A stretch of 64,000 bases of DNA from Nanobdellota archaeon (GTDB taxonomy: Archaea > Nanobdellota > Nanobdellia > Parvarchaeales > Parvarchaeaceae): positions 8,926-72,925 of the forward strand of contig JAJZXE010000003.1 in NCBI GenBank assembly GCA_021802505.1. The letters run 5' to 3'. Below are positions 44,210-53,570 of the stretch, piece after piece (position 1 is the stretch's first letter; each line of letters opens with the position of its first letter). Both the position numbers and the translations under genes were made by a program. Below the pieces are notes generated by a model. It was given only the letters and a program-made list of their open reading frames with translations, was not told where the DNA came from and made no database searches.

Positions 44210-46600
44210 TTAATATAATGTAGAGACTCCTGCCTCTTTTTTTAGTTTTATGACCCTATCAGCAATGTTCTTCATGCTATCCTCATGTGTGACTATTACA
44301 ATCTGTTTTAAGTCCGTTATCTTGGTTATTGCGCTTGTGAGCGCATTTATATCTTCCTTATCCAAGCCAGAGGTCGGCTCGTCCATAAGTATCAATTCAT
44401 TTTTTCCAACCCCTCCCAAAATTGATGCCAAAGAGGATAATGCAAGTCTATAAGCTATCGCTACGGAAGTTTTTTCTCCACCCGATAACGCTCTCGCATC
44501 TGTTTCTTCATTTCCGGCATTTATAATGACATTATAGTTGTTGTCTATATCCAACAGGTAATCATTTTCGTTTCTAAGTTCTTCAAAGCGTGCTTTGAAC
44601 AAGGATTTGAATTCATTTATAAATTTTAATCTTACATACTCCCGTATACTCCTTATATCCTCACGTAGATTTGAGATTATTTTCAGAAGATCTTCCTTTT
44701 TGTTCAAGGTTTTAATTATTTCCTCCCTTTTCTTAATTTTAATTTTTACTTCTTCCAGTCTTCCTTTATCCTCTAAAATCTGTTTTTCTCTCATTTCCGT
44801 CTCTTTTTTAATTTCAGTTATTTTATAATTTATTTTATTTATCTCCTCAATTGTCAGCTTGAAACCATTTTCTTTTTTCTTTAATTCTTCTTCGTCAAAT
44901 TTTATGCCTGCCAATCTATCCTCGGTGTATTTTATTTCGTCTATATAATTTAGTATGGCTTTTTCAATTTCATTGATTCTATTATTATAGTTTTCCACTT
45001 CAATAGCAAGCTTTTCTTGCTCCTGTACTTTTTGCAGTTCTTCCCTGGCTTTTTTAAGTGATGATAACAGCTCTTCAAGTTCATCGCTATACTTTTTATA
45101 ATTATCTTTTTTTATCTCGTATTCAGTTTTTTTCTCTTCTATCTTTAATTCTGATAATCTTGATGTTACCTTATGCAGAATCTCATTGGAAGAGTCAATC
45201 TTCATTTTGATTATTTCAAGCTGATTTTCTAAATCTTTTTTGGAATATTTTATGTTATCTGAGATGCCTTTTAATTCAGTTATACTGTCCTGGCATTTTT
45301 TAATTTTTGTTTCATATTCCGTTTTAACATGCGAGATATCTGTTATTTTATTGCCGCACATAACACAAAATCCACTTTTTATGGAGTCCTCCATTTCTTT
45401 TTTAAGTTCATCGCTTTTTGTTTTTAATTCCTTTATCCTGCCGGCAATTTCCTCTTTATTTTCTATTTCTAAGGCAGTTTCAAGCCGTTTTTTTATTTTA
45501 GCCGCTTCTTCTGTCAGCGTCTTAATTTTTAGATTTTCGCTGGTTTTTTCGTTTGATAAATTTTCTTCCTCTTTTTGGGCGTTTTTATACGAATATTCTA
45601 ACTGGAAAAAGTCCTGGTATAATTTTTTAAGTTCATCGCTTTTTGTTTTTGTTATCTCCTCCAGGTTTTTTATTGCTTTTTCGAGCTCATTTTTTTCGTT
45701 CCTTTCTACCGCCTTAAAATTCTTGTTTGCATCCTCTATTTTCTGCTTTATTTTTGTAATTTCATTTTCGAGTTTTATTTTCTCGTTGTTTTTTAATTTT
45801 ATTTCTGTAGACATTTTTTCAAAATCTATTTTTTTATTTCTTTCGAATTCCAGCTCACTTTCTTTCTGTTTTTTTTCTATTGTTTTATTTTCAAGTAAAA
45901 TTCTATTCTCTTCAAGTCCATTTTTTAACGCTTCTATAACATTTTTATTTTCATTTATCTTTGTTTCTATTCTTATGATTTCATTTTCATCTATACCCAA
46001 TTCTATTTCCTTTTTGTTCAGCTCTATCTCATTTTTAATTTTTGTTATTAAATCTCTAGTACTTTCATATACATCTAGATATTTGTTTAATTGCAGCAAC
46101 CCGTCAATATACTCCTGTTTATACTGTCCGGTTTCAAATATCAGATTTTTTAATTCATCCTGTTTTATGTATGTTATAGTTTCAAACATCTTTAACGGAT
46201 TTTCCGATTCTATTTTGAGTATTTTATTCACATAGGAGTTTATATCCGACGCCCGATTTTGTAGATCAATTTTTTTATCGTTTTTGATTATATAGTTTTT
46301 CGAATCGTCATTTCTCACAGAATCGCCCACTCTTTTCAAACCGCGTTTTATTTCGTATTCATCATTGTTATTTATTAATTTTATTGCTATGCTTCCTTCA
46401 TTCGAGTTCCTTCTTAACAGCATTTTTCCTTCTTCTCGGCCTTCTCCTATTTTTCCGAAAAGTGCATATTCAATTGACATCAATACCGATGATTTGCCGC
46501 TGCCAGTGTTACCGGTTATTACATTTATTCCTGGTGTAAATTCTATACTATTTCTTTTATGGCTTCTTATATTGTCAAGTTGGATTTCAGAAATTATCAT
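44210..46600 (-). CDS. rad50: DNA double-strand break repair Rad50 ATPase
   Basis: Walker A GNTGSGKSS, long K/E-rich coiled coil, zinc hook CVMCG, signature LSGGE, Walker B LILMDEPT. Confidence 0.9.
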   Translation of the reverse strand: MIISEIQLDNIRSHKRNSIEFTPGINVITGNTGSGKSSVLMSIEYALFGKIGEGREEGKMLLRRNSNEGSIAIKLINNNDEYEIKRGLKRVGDSVRNDDSKNYIIKNDKKIDLQNRASDINSYVNKILKIESENPLKMFETITYIKQDELKNLIFETGQYKQEYIDGLLQLNKYLDVYESTRDLITKIKNEIELNKKEIELGIDENEIIRIETKINENKNVIEALKNGLEENRILLENKTIEKKQKESELEFERNKKIDFEKMSTEIKLKNNEKIKLENEITKIKQKIEDANKNFKAVERNEKNELEKAIKNLEEITKTKSDELKKLYQDFFQLEYSYKNAQKEEENLSNEKTSENLKIKTLTEEAAKIKKRLETALEIENKEEIAGRIKELKTKSDELKKEMEDSIKSGFCVMCGNKITDISHVKTEYETKIKKCQDSITELKGISDNIKYSKKDLENQLEIIKMKIDSSNEILHKVTSRLSELKIEEKKTEYEIKKDNYKKYSDELEELLSSLKKAREELQKVQEQEKLAIEVENYNNRINEIEKAILNYIDEIKYTEDRLAGIKFDEEELKKKENGFKLTIEEINKINYKITEIKKETEMREKQILEDKGRLEEVKIKIKKREEIIKTLNKKEDLLKIISNLREDIRSIREYVRLKFINEFKSLFKARFEELRNENDYLLDIDNNYNVIINAGNEETDARALSGGEKTSVAIAYRLALSSLASILGGVGKNELILMDEPTSGLDKEDINALTSAITKITDLKQIVIVTHEDSMKNIADRVIKLKKEAGVSTLY

Positions 46601-47759
46601 GTGAATAGAACATTTTCTCCACTTCTTCTTCTATTTTATCGACTGTTTCTCCAGTCGAATCTATAAGGTACCTGGCGATTTTTATTTCGTTTTCCGAATA
46701 ACCTTTATTTTTAAGAAATTCGTATTCTATAGAAGAAAGTTCCTCGCTTTTTAAATCTTCAAATTGCGCTTCTGTGTTTTTATCGCTTAGTTTTGATCTG
46801 TTTATGCTTATATAGGAGTAACCCAGTTCATAGCCCGTGTTCTTTATTTTTGTGATATTTATATCCGATATTTTTCCATTTAATTTTCCTTCCATTTTTA
46901 TAACAAGTATCCTACCTTCATTTTTTTTAAGTTCTTTCATCGTTTCATTTTCAACTTCCGCCGCGGTTTTATTGTCTGCTTTTATCGTGAAAATCTGTTT
47001 TTCCCGGGTTTTTATGATTTTATACTCTACTGATGTTATACCTCCCTCGTTGTAGTCTATGATATAAAATCCCCGGTTCGGATTGTCTACGATTTCTTTT
47101 TCATCACAGTATTCTAATGATCCAGGGTATTGTATTATGCCTTTGTCATATTCTATGTTATTCATGTGGCCGTGCCAATGTCCGGCTGCGTAATAGTCAA
47201 ATCCTTTGGGCAAACTCTCGGTCTCAAGGTCTTTGAATTTTTCTCCAAGGTAGGATATCGTGTGATGGAAAACAAATATCTTGGTGTATGCGGATTCATC
47301 CATTTTTATCTGCAATTTCTTAAATATTTCATCCTCGACCCTGCTTCGTTTTCCTTTTATGCCGCAAATAAACGCTCCTTTGTATGTTTCCCCCTTCAGA
47401 GTTACATAATCATTTATTTCTAGGTATTTTTTTGAATTTAGGTTGATAAGCAGTCCGTTTCTGTGGAAGAGTTCTATTATACTCTCTTCTTCCCCCACTC
47501 CAACGTCATGTGAACCGGGAATTATGAACAGCGGTATACCTTCTTTTTTAAGCCTGTTTAATTCGTCCGTTACGAACAGAAGGGAATCCAACGGCGGAGT
47601 ACCGATATCAAATAAATCACCAGAATGTACTATAAAATCAATTTTATTTGATATTGCATAATCTATCATTTCTATAAATGCTTTTTTAATATCCGCGTTC
47701 CGTGTGTCATTCTTGTATACCTGGCCTATGTGTGTGTCCCCAACATGGATAAATTTCAT
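46587..47759 (-). CDS. mre11: Mre11 nuclease
   Basis: Phosphoesterase motifs HVGDTH, HSGDLFD, GSHD and GHWH. Overlaps rad50 by 14 nt. Confidence 0.9.
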   Translation of the reverse strand: MKFIHVGDTHIGQVYKNDTRNADIKKAFIEMIDYAISNKIDFIVHSGDLFDIGTPPLDSLLFVTDELNRLKKEGIPLFIIPGSHDVGVGEEESIIELFHRNGLLINLNSKKYLEINDYVTLKGETYKGAFICGIKGKRSRVEDEIFKKLQIKMDESAYTKIFVFHHTISYLGEKFKDLETESLPKGFDYYAAGHWHGHMNNIEYDKGIIQYPGSLEYCDEKEIVDNPNRGFYIIDYNEGGITSVEYKIIKTREKQIFTIKADNKTAAEVENETMKELKKNEGRILVIKMEGKLNGKISDINITKIKNTGYELGYSYISINRSKLSDKNTEAQFEDLKSEELSSIEYEFLKNKGYSENEIKIARYLIDSTGETVDKIEEEVEKMFYSHDNF

Positions 47760-47841
47760 GTTTATTACTGTATTTCGGATAAATTAAACTTTCCTATTTC
47801 TGGCAGGTAAAGTATATATTTCAAGTTTTGTTATCCTAATA

Positions 47842-48861
47842 ATGGATGTAGAGGAAAGATTAGAGTTGATAAAGAGAAATACTCTTGAGATAATAACCGT
47901 TGAGGAGTTAAAATCTCTTCTCAATGAGGGTAAACCTTTATCCGTATACATCGGCAGAGCGCCTACCGGATCGATTCATCTAGGTCATTTGGTTGCACTT
48001 GGGAAACTCTTTGATTTTGAAAAAGCAGGGGTGCATCCGAAGATACTTATAGCGGATTTACACGCGGCATTGGATGACTTGAAGTCAAAGTGGGAGGATC
48101 TTGATAAAAGGGTAGATTATACAAAGAAATGCATAGAGCTGGCGTTTGACTGGGAAAGAACACCAGAGTTTGTGCGGGGTTCTGATTTTGAGTTAAGCCA
48201 GACGTACGTTTCCGACTTATTAAAACTTTCGACAATTACAACCGTTGAGAAGGCCTTGCATGCAGCTTCGGAAGTCACAAGGATGAAAAATCCAAAGGTC
48301 AGCGAACTTATATATCCTATGATGCAGAGTTTGGATGAGGAGTATCTGGATGTTGATATGCAGCTGGGGGGAATGGATCAAAGGCACATATTCGCCTATG
48401 CGAGGGAATATCTTGATAAAATAGGCTACAGAAAAAGGGTGGAGGTGCTGACTCCGCTGGTTGCATCGATACGCGGCCCGGGAACCAAGATGTCCTCTTC
48501 CGTGCCGGAAAGTAACATAAAAATATATGATTCTGAGGACTCAATAAGAAAGAAAATAATGAACGGTTATTGTCCGGAAGGCATAGTCGAAGATAATTTT
48601 ATAATACAGCTCATAAACTTTTTTATACTCCCGAATGACGGGAAGTTCCATATAGAGAGGGATGCAAAGTTTGGAGGAGATCTCGAAATAACCTTCCCGG
48701 GTGAATTAATAAAGCTGTATAGCGAAAAAAAGATCCACCCTCTTGATTTAAAAAATGCCGTTGCATCCAATCTTATAAAAAGATTCAAAAATGCGAGAGA
48801 ATACTTTGAAAGACAGACCGAGGTTTTAAAGGATCTCGGGGAAAGTTTCATGCCTTATTAA
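47842..48861 (+). CDS. tyrS: tyrosyl-tRNA synthetase
   Basis: HIGH-type PTGSIHLGH, KMSSS, and an end-to-end resemblance to M. jannaschii TyrRS (IKRNTLEII, GGMDQR, FGGDLEI, HPLDLKNAVA). Confidence 0.9.
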   Translation: MDVEERLELIKRNTLEIITVEELKSLLNEGKPLSVYIGRAPTGSIHLGHLVALGKLFDFEKAGVHPKILIADLHAALDDLKSKWEDLDKRVDYTKKCIELAFDWERTPEFVRGSDFELSQTYVSDLLKLSTITTVEKALHAASEVTRMKNPKVSELIYPMMQSLDEEYLDVDMQLGGMDQRHIFAYAREYLDKIGYRKRVEVLTPLVASIRGPGTKMSSSVPESNIKIYDSEDSIRKKIMNGYCPEGIVEDNFIIQLINFFILPNDGKFHIERDAKFGGDLEITFPGELIKLYSEKKIHPLDLKNAVASNLIKRFKNAREYFERQTEVLKDLGESFMPY

Positions 48862-48863
48862 CT

Positions 48864-49265
48864 ATGATGGAGAACTATTCTTTCAGCGAGGATGTTAAGA
48901 TATATGATACTGACGCGCAGGGGGTAGTCCACTACTCCGGTTATTACCGTTTTTTTACGGATGCAATGCAGGAATTCGTAAAATTAAAGGGTTACAATTT
49001 TCCGTTTATAGACGATGAACGTTGGATGGTTGTCCTTGAATCGGGTGCAAAGTACATTAACTCTGCGAGAATGGGAGATGTTTTGAACACTGTGTTGAAG
49101 GTGAGTCTCATATCCAAAAAGATAATACGTTTTGATTTTGACATAGTTCGCGGAGAAGATATTATGTGCCAGGGTTATATACTTCACATCTGCATAGATA
49201 AAAATAAATGGAAATCAACGGATCTGCCGCAGGAATTTATAGATAAGTTAACTGAAAAAATTTAA
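48864..49265 (+). CDS. acyl-CoA thioesterase (4HBT/YbgC hotdog fold)
   Basis: YDTDAQGVVHYSGYYRFF motif. 133 aa. Confidence 0.7.
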   Translation: MMENYSFSEDVKIYDTDAQGVVHYSGYYRFFTDAMQEFVKLKGYNFPFIDDERWMVVLESGAKYINSARMGDVLNTVLKVSLISKKIIRFDFDIVRGEDIMCQGYILHICIDKNKWKSTDLPQEFIDKLTEKI

Positions 49266-49904
49266 TGTTTTATAATCAGTGGCTTTTACCGTGCTCCAGC
49301 TTTTTCTTATAAATTTTTTATAAGGGTCCTGTTTTATTTTCCCGTTCTGCGCAATGATTTTTATAAAATTCGCAGTTTTCGGATCGGAAGGATAACCGCT
49401 GCCGAAATCATATCCGATTATCTTCTTTATCCGGTCTACCTCCCTTTCCCTGTTTGCTTTCGCGATTATAGACGCCGCGGACACCTCGATGTGATTTTTA
49501 TCCGCATAGTTTTCTGCTATTACCCGTTTATTTATTATCTTTTTTTGGAGGTATAATCTTACTTTTTCGGTGTTCTTACTGGGGGAGTCAATTATAACAG
49601 TTTCTCCCTCTAGTTTATTTGCGATCTCTGCCATGTTATCGAGTTCCAGATAATTAAGATTTTTTCCATTACTAAACCTGTCGTCTATTTCTCCTGCGGA
49701 TAATGTTATGAAATAGTAATTTTTAATAAGGTTTAATATCTCCCTTTCCAACAGAAATATTCTTTTTATGCTCAGCATCTTTGAATCTTTTACACCCATT
49801 GATTTGAATTTTACAGAGACTTCTTCATCTGCTCCCACACCGGCTATTATCATCGGGCCTATGACAGGACCTCTGCCCGCTTCGTCTATCCCTATTGTTA
49901 TCAT
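49248..49904 (-). CDS. rnhB: ribonuclease HII
   Basis: GIDEAGRGPVIGPM, and DSK and ASI motifs. Confidence 0.9.
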   Translation of the reverse strand: MITIGIDEAGRGPVIGPMIIAGVGADEEVSVKFKSMGVKDSKMLSIKRIFLLEREILNLIKNYYFITLSAGEIDDRFSNGKNLNYLELDNMAEIANKLEGETVIIDSPSKNTEKVRLYLQKKIINKRVIAENYADKNHIEVSAASIIAKANREREVDRIKKIIGYDFGSGYPSDPKTANFIKIIAQNGKIKQDPYKKFIRKSWSTVKATDYKTLNFFS

Positions 49905-50225
49905 TTAACCACTGCTTTTTCCGAGAGCGTCTGCCCTGAATCTTGCATGTCCGAATTGTATTACCGCCTTTATCCCGAATTTACCCAGGCCGCTCGGGAT
50001 ATCACATGCCCCGTACGTACTGCCGCCCCATATATACACTTCAGCACCGGAATTTTTGCTTATTACATCCGCAATATCAAGCGCGTGGAGTTTGAATCCG
50101 TCCGGTACCTGTATGGCCACTTTATCATATTTTTTTTCTTTTATGCTGTCTATTATACCGTCGAAATCAATATCGTATTTCTCGGTGAGGTATCTCAATC
50201 CGTCGTTATCTACCTTATATGTCAT
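49905..50225 (-). CDS. dph2: Dph2 (diphthamide synthesis, 2-(3-amino-3-carboxypropyl)histidine synthase), N-terminal 106-aa fragment only
   Basis: KVAIQVPDGFKLHALDIADVISKNSGAEVYIWGGSTYGACDI...IQFGHARF aligns with residues about 20-85 of P. horikoshii Dph2 (about 340 aa). The stop TAA abuts the rnhB ATG. Confidence 0.7.
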   Translation of the reverse strand: MTYKVDNDGLRYLTEKYDIDFDGIIDSIKEKKYDKVAIQVPDGFKLHALDIADVISKNSGAEVYIWGGSTYGACDIPSGLGKFGIKAVIQFGHARFRADALGKSSG

Positions 50226-50283
50226 CTAATCCCTTATTATTTTGGTATTTAAATTATTTATTTCTAAAGGTTTAGCTCAATTT

Positions 50284-50946
50284 ATGGATAAAAAAGACTT
50301 TGCATCCGTAGTGCATATCCTCAGCAAGCGATACTATGAAAAGGAAAGGAAAGCAGAACCTTTCGAGATACTGGTTCACGGCATATTATCTACAAGAACC
50401 AAGGACACAACAACGTTCCCGGCCCAAAAAAGGCTGCTTGCCGTGGCCGGTACGCCGGATAAAATATTAAAATTAAAAACAGATGATATAGAACGGCTTA
50501 TATATCCCGTTGGTTTTTATAGGACTAAAGCTAGACTTTTGAAAAGAGCGTGCAGGTTTCTTATAATAAATTTTAATTCACGGGTTCCAAAGGACAAGAA
50601 AGAACTTATGAAAATACCTGGAGTGGGCGCCAAAGTCGCGAGTTTGGTGTTAGAGTGGGGTTTTAACCTGCCGTATATTGCGGTGGACACGCACGTAAAC
50701 AGGATATCACAGAGACTGGGTGCAGTTCCATTCAATACGAAGCCGGAACAGGCTGAAAAAATACTTGAGGAGATGCTGGATAAAAAAAACAGAATGGCGG
50801 TAAATCATGTCTTTGTAAAATTCGGAAGGGAGATATGCAAACCTATATCACCTCTATGCGGAGAATGCCCCGTGTATGCCTATTGCGGTTTTAAATTAAA
50901 GTCAGAATATGCCGGCAGAGCAAAAAGTAAAAAAGCGCGGGGATAA
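50284..50946 (+). CDS. nth: endonuclease III (Nth)
   Basis: HhH-GPD region IPGVGAKVASLVL...VDTHV, and the FeS cluster CxxxxxxCxxCxxxxxC (CKPISPLCGECPVYAYC). I prefer ATG 50284 over the track TTG 50242. Confidence 0.85.
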   Translation: MDKKDFASVVHILSKRYYEKERKAEPFEILVHGILSTRTKDTTTFPAQKRLLAVAGTPDKILKLKTDDIERLIYPVGFYRTKARLLKRACRFLIINFNSRVPKDKKELMKIPGVGAKVASLVLEWGFNLPYIAVDTHVNRISQRLGAVPFNTKPEQAEKILEEMLDKKNRMAVNHVFVKFGREICKPISPLCGECPVYAYCGFKLKSEYAGRAKSKKARG

Positions 50947-50977
50947 GGATATTAGTAAGCATAACCAGGTATATAAA

Positions 50978-51718
50978 ATGGAAGAAGGAGGCGGTTGGAA
51001 AGGTCTGTTGTCGGCAGTTGTATACGGACTGAAATCGCCATCTGAAGCGAGTTCTTTCATTGCATTTATGTCAGTATTTCTTATAGTCTTTTTATTGGAC
51101 TTTGTAACCATTCTTGAAGTTCTTGGTTTGGGGGTATTTATGGGAAAAACAGTATACCCCTCCGTTTCAACAAGCTACATTATCATCGGTGAAGCCGCGT
51201 TTATATCCTCGTTTATGCTTATAATCTTCTCTGTTTTCATTTTGTTTTATTATAAATTGTATTATGTCGTTTCAAATAACCTCAGCATATCGCGGCTTAT
51301 AAAAACGTCGCTCGTCAAATTCCCTAAATTTCTTATAGCGATATTCGTGCAGGGAGCGGTATCTATATTAGGGTTGATCGCATTAGTTATCCCTGGTGTT
51401 TATTACGGCAGTTCCCTGATGTTTTTCGGTTTCTTCTCAATCTACGGAGATTCTACTGTTTACTCTGCATTCCGAAACAGCAGGGAACTCGCTAAGGGCA
51501 TAAAGCTGCAGTCGATTGTTTCATTTTTAATTTATCTCGTGTTGCTGCTACTGTTTGTTTATCTGGTAAGCACAGCAGTTATGCCGTTGATTTATAAAGG
51601 TATTCTCGGATCACTATTACTCTCATACTGGGTTGTAAGTTACAGTAACTCTGTCTTTAACCTTGCGGACAGAAACTTGAATAATAACGGTAAAATACAT
51701 TCATTAGAACGGCAATAA
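50978..51718 (+). CDS. polytopic membrane protein, hypothetical
   Basis: About 6 hydrophobic helices. I prefer ATG 50978, which avoids overlap with nth; the track start is 50909. Confidence 0.5.
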   Translation: MEEGGGWKGLLSAVVYGLKSPSEASSFIAFMSVFLIVFLLDFVTILEVLGLGVFMGKTVYPSVSTSYIIIGEAAFISSFMLIIFSVFILFYYKLYYVVSNNLSISRLIKTSLVKFPKFLIAIFVQGAVSILGLIALVIPGVYYGSSLMFFGFFSIYGDSTVYSAFRNSRELAKGIKLQSIVSFLIYLVLLLLFVYLVSTAVMPLIYKGILGSLLLSYWVVSYSNSVFNLADRNLNNNGKIHSLERQ

Positions 51719-51820
51719 CTCGGCCTTAATGCACATTTTATTCATTTGTTAATGATAAATGCGACTTACCAATACAGAATTTACTGATAGAAAAGCTTAA
51801 ATACTATAATTATTATAGAA

Positions 51821-52090
51821 TTGAATTATAAATTATACTTGAAGAGGTTTCGCCGCTTGGATATCGATGTATTTAGTAACCGTTTGTCACCGCAATATAG
51901 AGTTATGCTCAAAGAGGAGATTGACCAGCTGTTAAGTAAATATAATATTTCTCTGAAGGATCTCCCTAAGATAAAGTTGAATGATCCCGCAGTAAAGCTA
52001 CTGGATGCAAAGGAGGGGGATGTGCTCGAGATAAAACGTAAGAGTAAGACTGCTGGTGAGTACAACTATTATAGGTTTGTGGTGAAATAA
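51821..52090 (+). CDS. rpoH: DNA-directed RNA polymerase subunit H (Rpo5)
   Basis: LPKIKLNDPAVKLLDAKEGDVLEIKRKSKTAGEYNYYRFVV. The start codon is uncertain (TTG 51821, 51839 or 51857). Confidence 0.8.
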   Translation: MNYKLYLKRFRRLDIDVFSNRLSPQYRVMLKEEIDQLLSKYNISLKDLPKIKLNDPAVKLLDAKEGDVLEIKRKSKTAGEYNYYRFVVK

Positions 52091-52091
52091 A

Positions 52092-53570
52092 ATGGAAAAG
52101 AATCCTTACGATGCGGTTTTGAATTCGGCGCTCAATGCCACCGCGCTGGCGGCGCATCACATTCTGTCATTTGAATATTTTATAGACAAGGGCCTTCAAA
52201 AGATAATAGAGACCGAGGGAATTATCGAACCGGTGATAAAACCGGCCGGTGTGAACGATTTCAAAATAAAGATAAATAAGATAACCATAGGAAAGCCGGA
52301 CATAATCGAGGCAGACAGCATAGTGAGGCAAATAATGCCTATGGAGGCAAGAATACGGGATCTTACCTATGATGCCCCTCTGATGATTTCCGTTTCTTAT
52401 ATAGAGGACGGCAAAACAACTGAGGAAGAGGAGGTGTTTATAGGCCGTATGCCGATAATTGTAAAGTCAAAATATTGCAATCTCTATGGCCTTTCATCGG
52501 AGGAATTAAGCGAAAAAAAAGAGGATCCGACAGATCCTGGCGGTTATTTTATCATAAACGGGACAGAAAGGATAATAATAACGACGGAGGACCTAGCCCC
52601 GAATAATATACTTATAACAAGGGATAACCAGGAAGGATTTAAATTCAGCGCCAAGATTTTTGCTGATGCGGATTCTATAAAGGTTCCCCACACTCTGCAG
52701 ATTTCAAGCAGCAATCTTCTTTATATAACATTCGGTAAGCTCAAAAGAGTTCCCATAGTAATGCTTATAAAAGCGTTGGGCGTGACGAGCGAGAACGAAA
52801 TAATCAAAAAAATAGGAAAAGGCGATGAAGATGCAATAAACACTGTAGACATGAATCTTATCGCGTTTAATGTAGATTCAGAAAATGATGCATTGGACAC
52901 TATCGGTAAAATGCTGCATTCAATCCATACGAAGGAAACCGCAGAGCTCAATATAGATTCTTTGCTGTTTCCGTTTTTAGGAAGAGAAAAGGATTCAAGA
53001 AAAATAAAAGCTGAGTATTTAATGTATGTTTCAAATCTTCTTATTAAGAACTCTTTAGAAGGAAAAGAAGTTGATAAGGACCATTATTCAAACAAGAGAC
53101 TGCATGCAGAAAGTTACAATCTGGATATGCTTTTCAGGTTCATATTTAAACAGATATTAAACGATGCTAAATATAATTTTGAAAGAGGCATACGAAAGGA
53201 CAAGGTACCTGGTCCAAAGTATATATTCACTTCGGATCAGTTGACTGCCAGGTTAAGGTCCTCGCTCGCAACAGGTCAGTGGGTGGGCGGCAGGGTAGGT
53301 ATAACCCAGCATCTTAACAGAAGAAGTTTCCCTGACACCGTTTCCCATTTAAGAAAGGTTGAATCGCTGCTTACATCTAACCGGGAAAATTACAGGGCCA
53401 GAGACTTGCACGGAACACAATTTGGGAGGTTCTGCGCGGTTGAAACCCCCGAAGGTCCCAAAATCGGTTTAACTAAGAATCTCGCCATACTTTCAATGAT
53501 GTCAAAGGAGGGAGTAGATACCAACAGCGTTAAAAAACTGCTTAAGAATTACGGGGTGAAGAGCATATGA
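52092..53570 (+). CDS. rpoB2: DNA-directed RNA polymerase subunit B'' (N-terminal half of Rpo2)
   Basis: 492 aa. Ends just upstream of the conserved split point. ATGA overlap with B'. Confidence 0.9.
   Translation: MEKNPYDAVLNSALNATALAAHHILSFEYFIDKGLQKIIETEGIIEPVIKPAGVNDFKIKINKITIGKPDIIEADSIVRQIMPMEARIRDLTYDAPLMISVSYIEDGKTTEEEEVFIGRMPIIVKSKYCNLYGLSSEELSEKKEDPTDPGGYFIINGTERIIITTEDLAPNNILITRDNQEGFKFSAKIFADADSIKVPHTLQISSSNLLYITFGKLKRVPIVMLIKALGVTSENEIIKKIGKGDEDAINTVDMNLIAFNVDSENDALDTIGKMLHSIHTKETAELNIDSLLFPFLGREKDSRKIKAEYLMYVSNLLIKNSLEGKEVDKDHYSNKRLHAESYNLDMLFRFIFKQILNDAKYNFERGIRKDKVPGPKYIFTSDQLTARLRSSLATGQWVGGRVGITQHLNRRSFPDTVSHLRKVESLLTSNRENYRARDLHGTQFGRFCAVETPEGPKIGLTKNLAILSMMSKEGVDTNSVKKLLKNYGVKSI

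Noticed and set aside
45240-46235. 331-aa plus-strand ORF (Phe/Ser/Leu/Ile-rich) opposite rad50
   Set aside because: It is the antisense of the Lys/Glu-rich coiled-coil codons (AAA/GAA read backwards give TTT/TTC). Rad50 on the minus strand has complete Walker A, zinc hook, signature and Walker B motifs, so this is a composition artefact.
51751-51787. C/D-box-like pattern (AATGATAA ... CTGA) upstream of rpoH
   Set aside because: The C-like box has a mismatch. There is only about 36 nt between the boxes and there are no internal D'/C' boxes, so it is too short for an archaeal C/D sRNA. It is more likely ordinary AT-rich promoter sequence.
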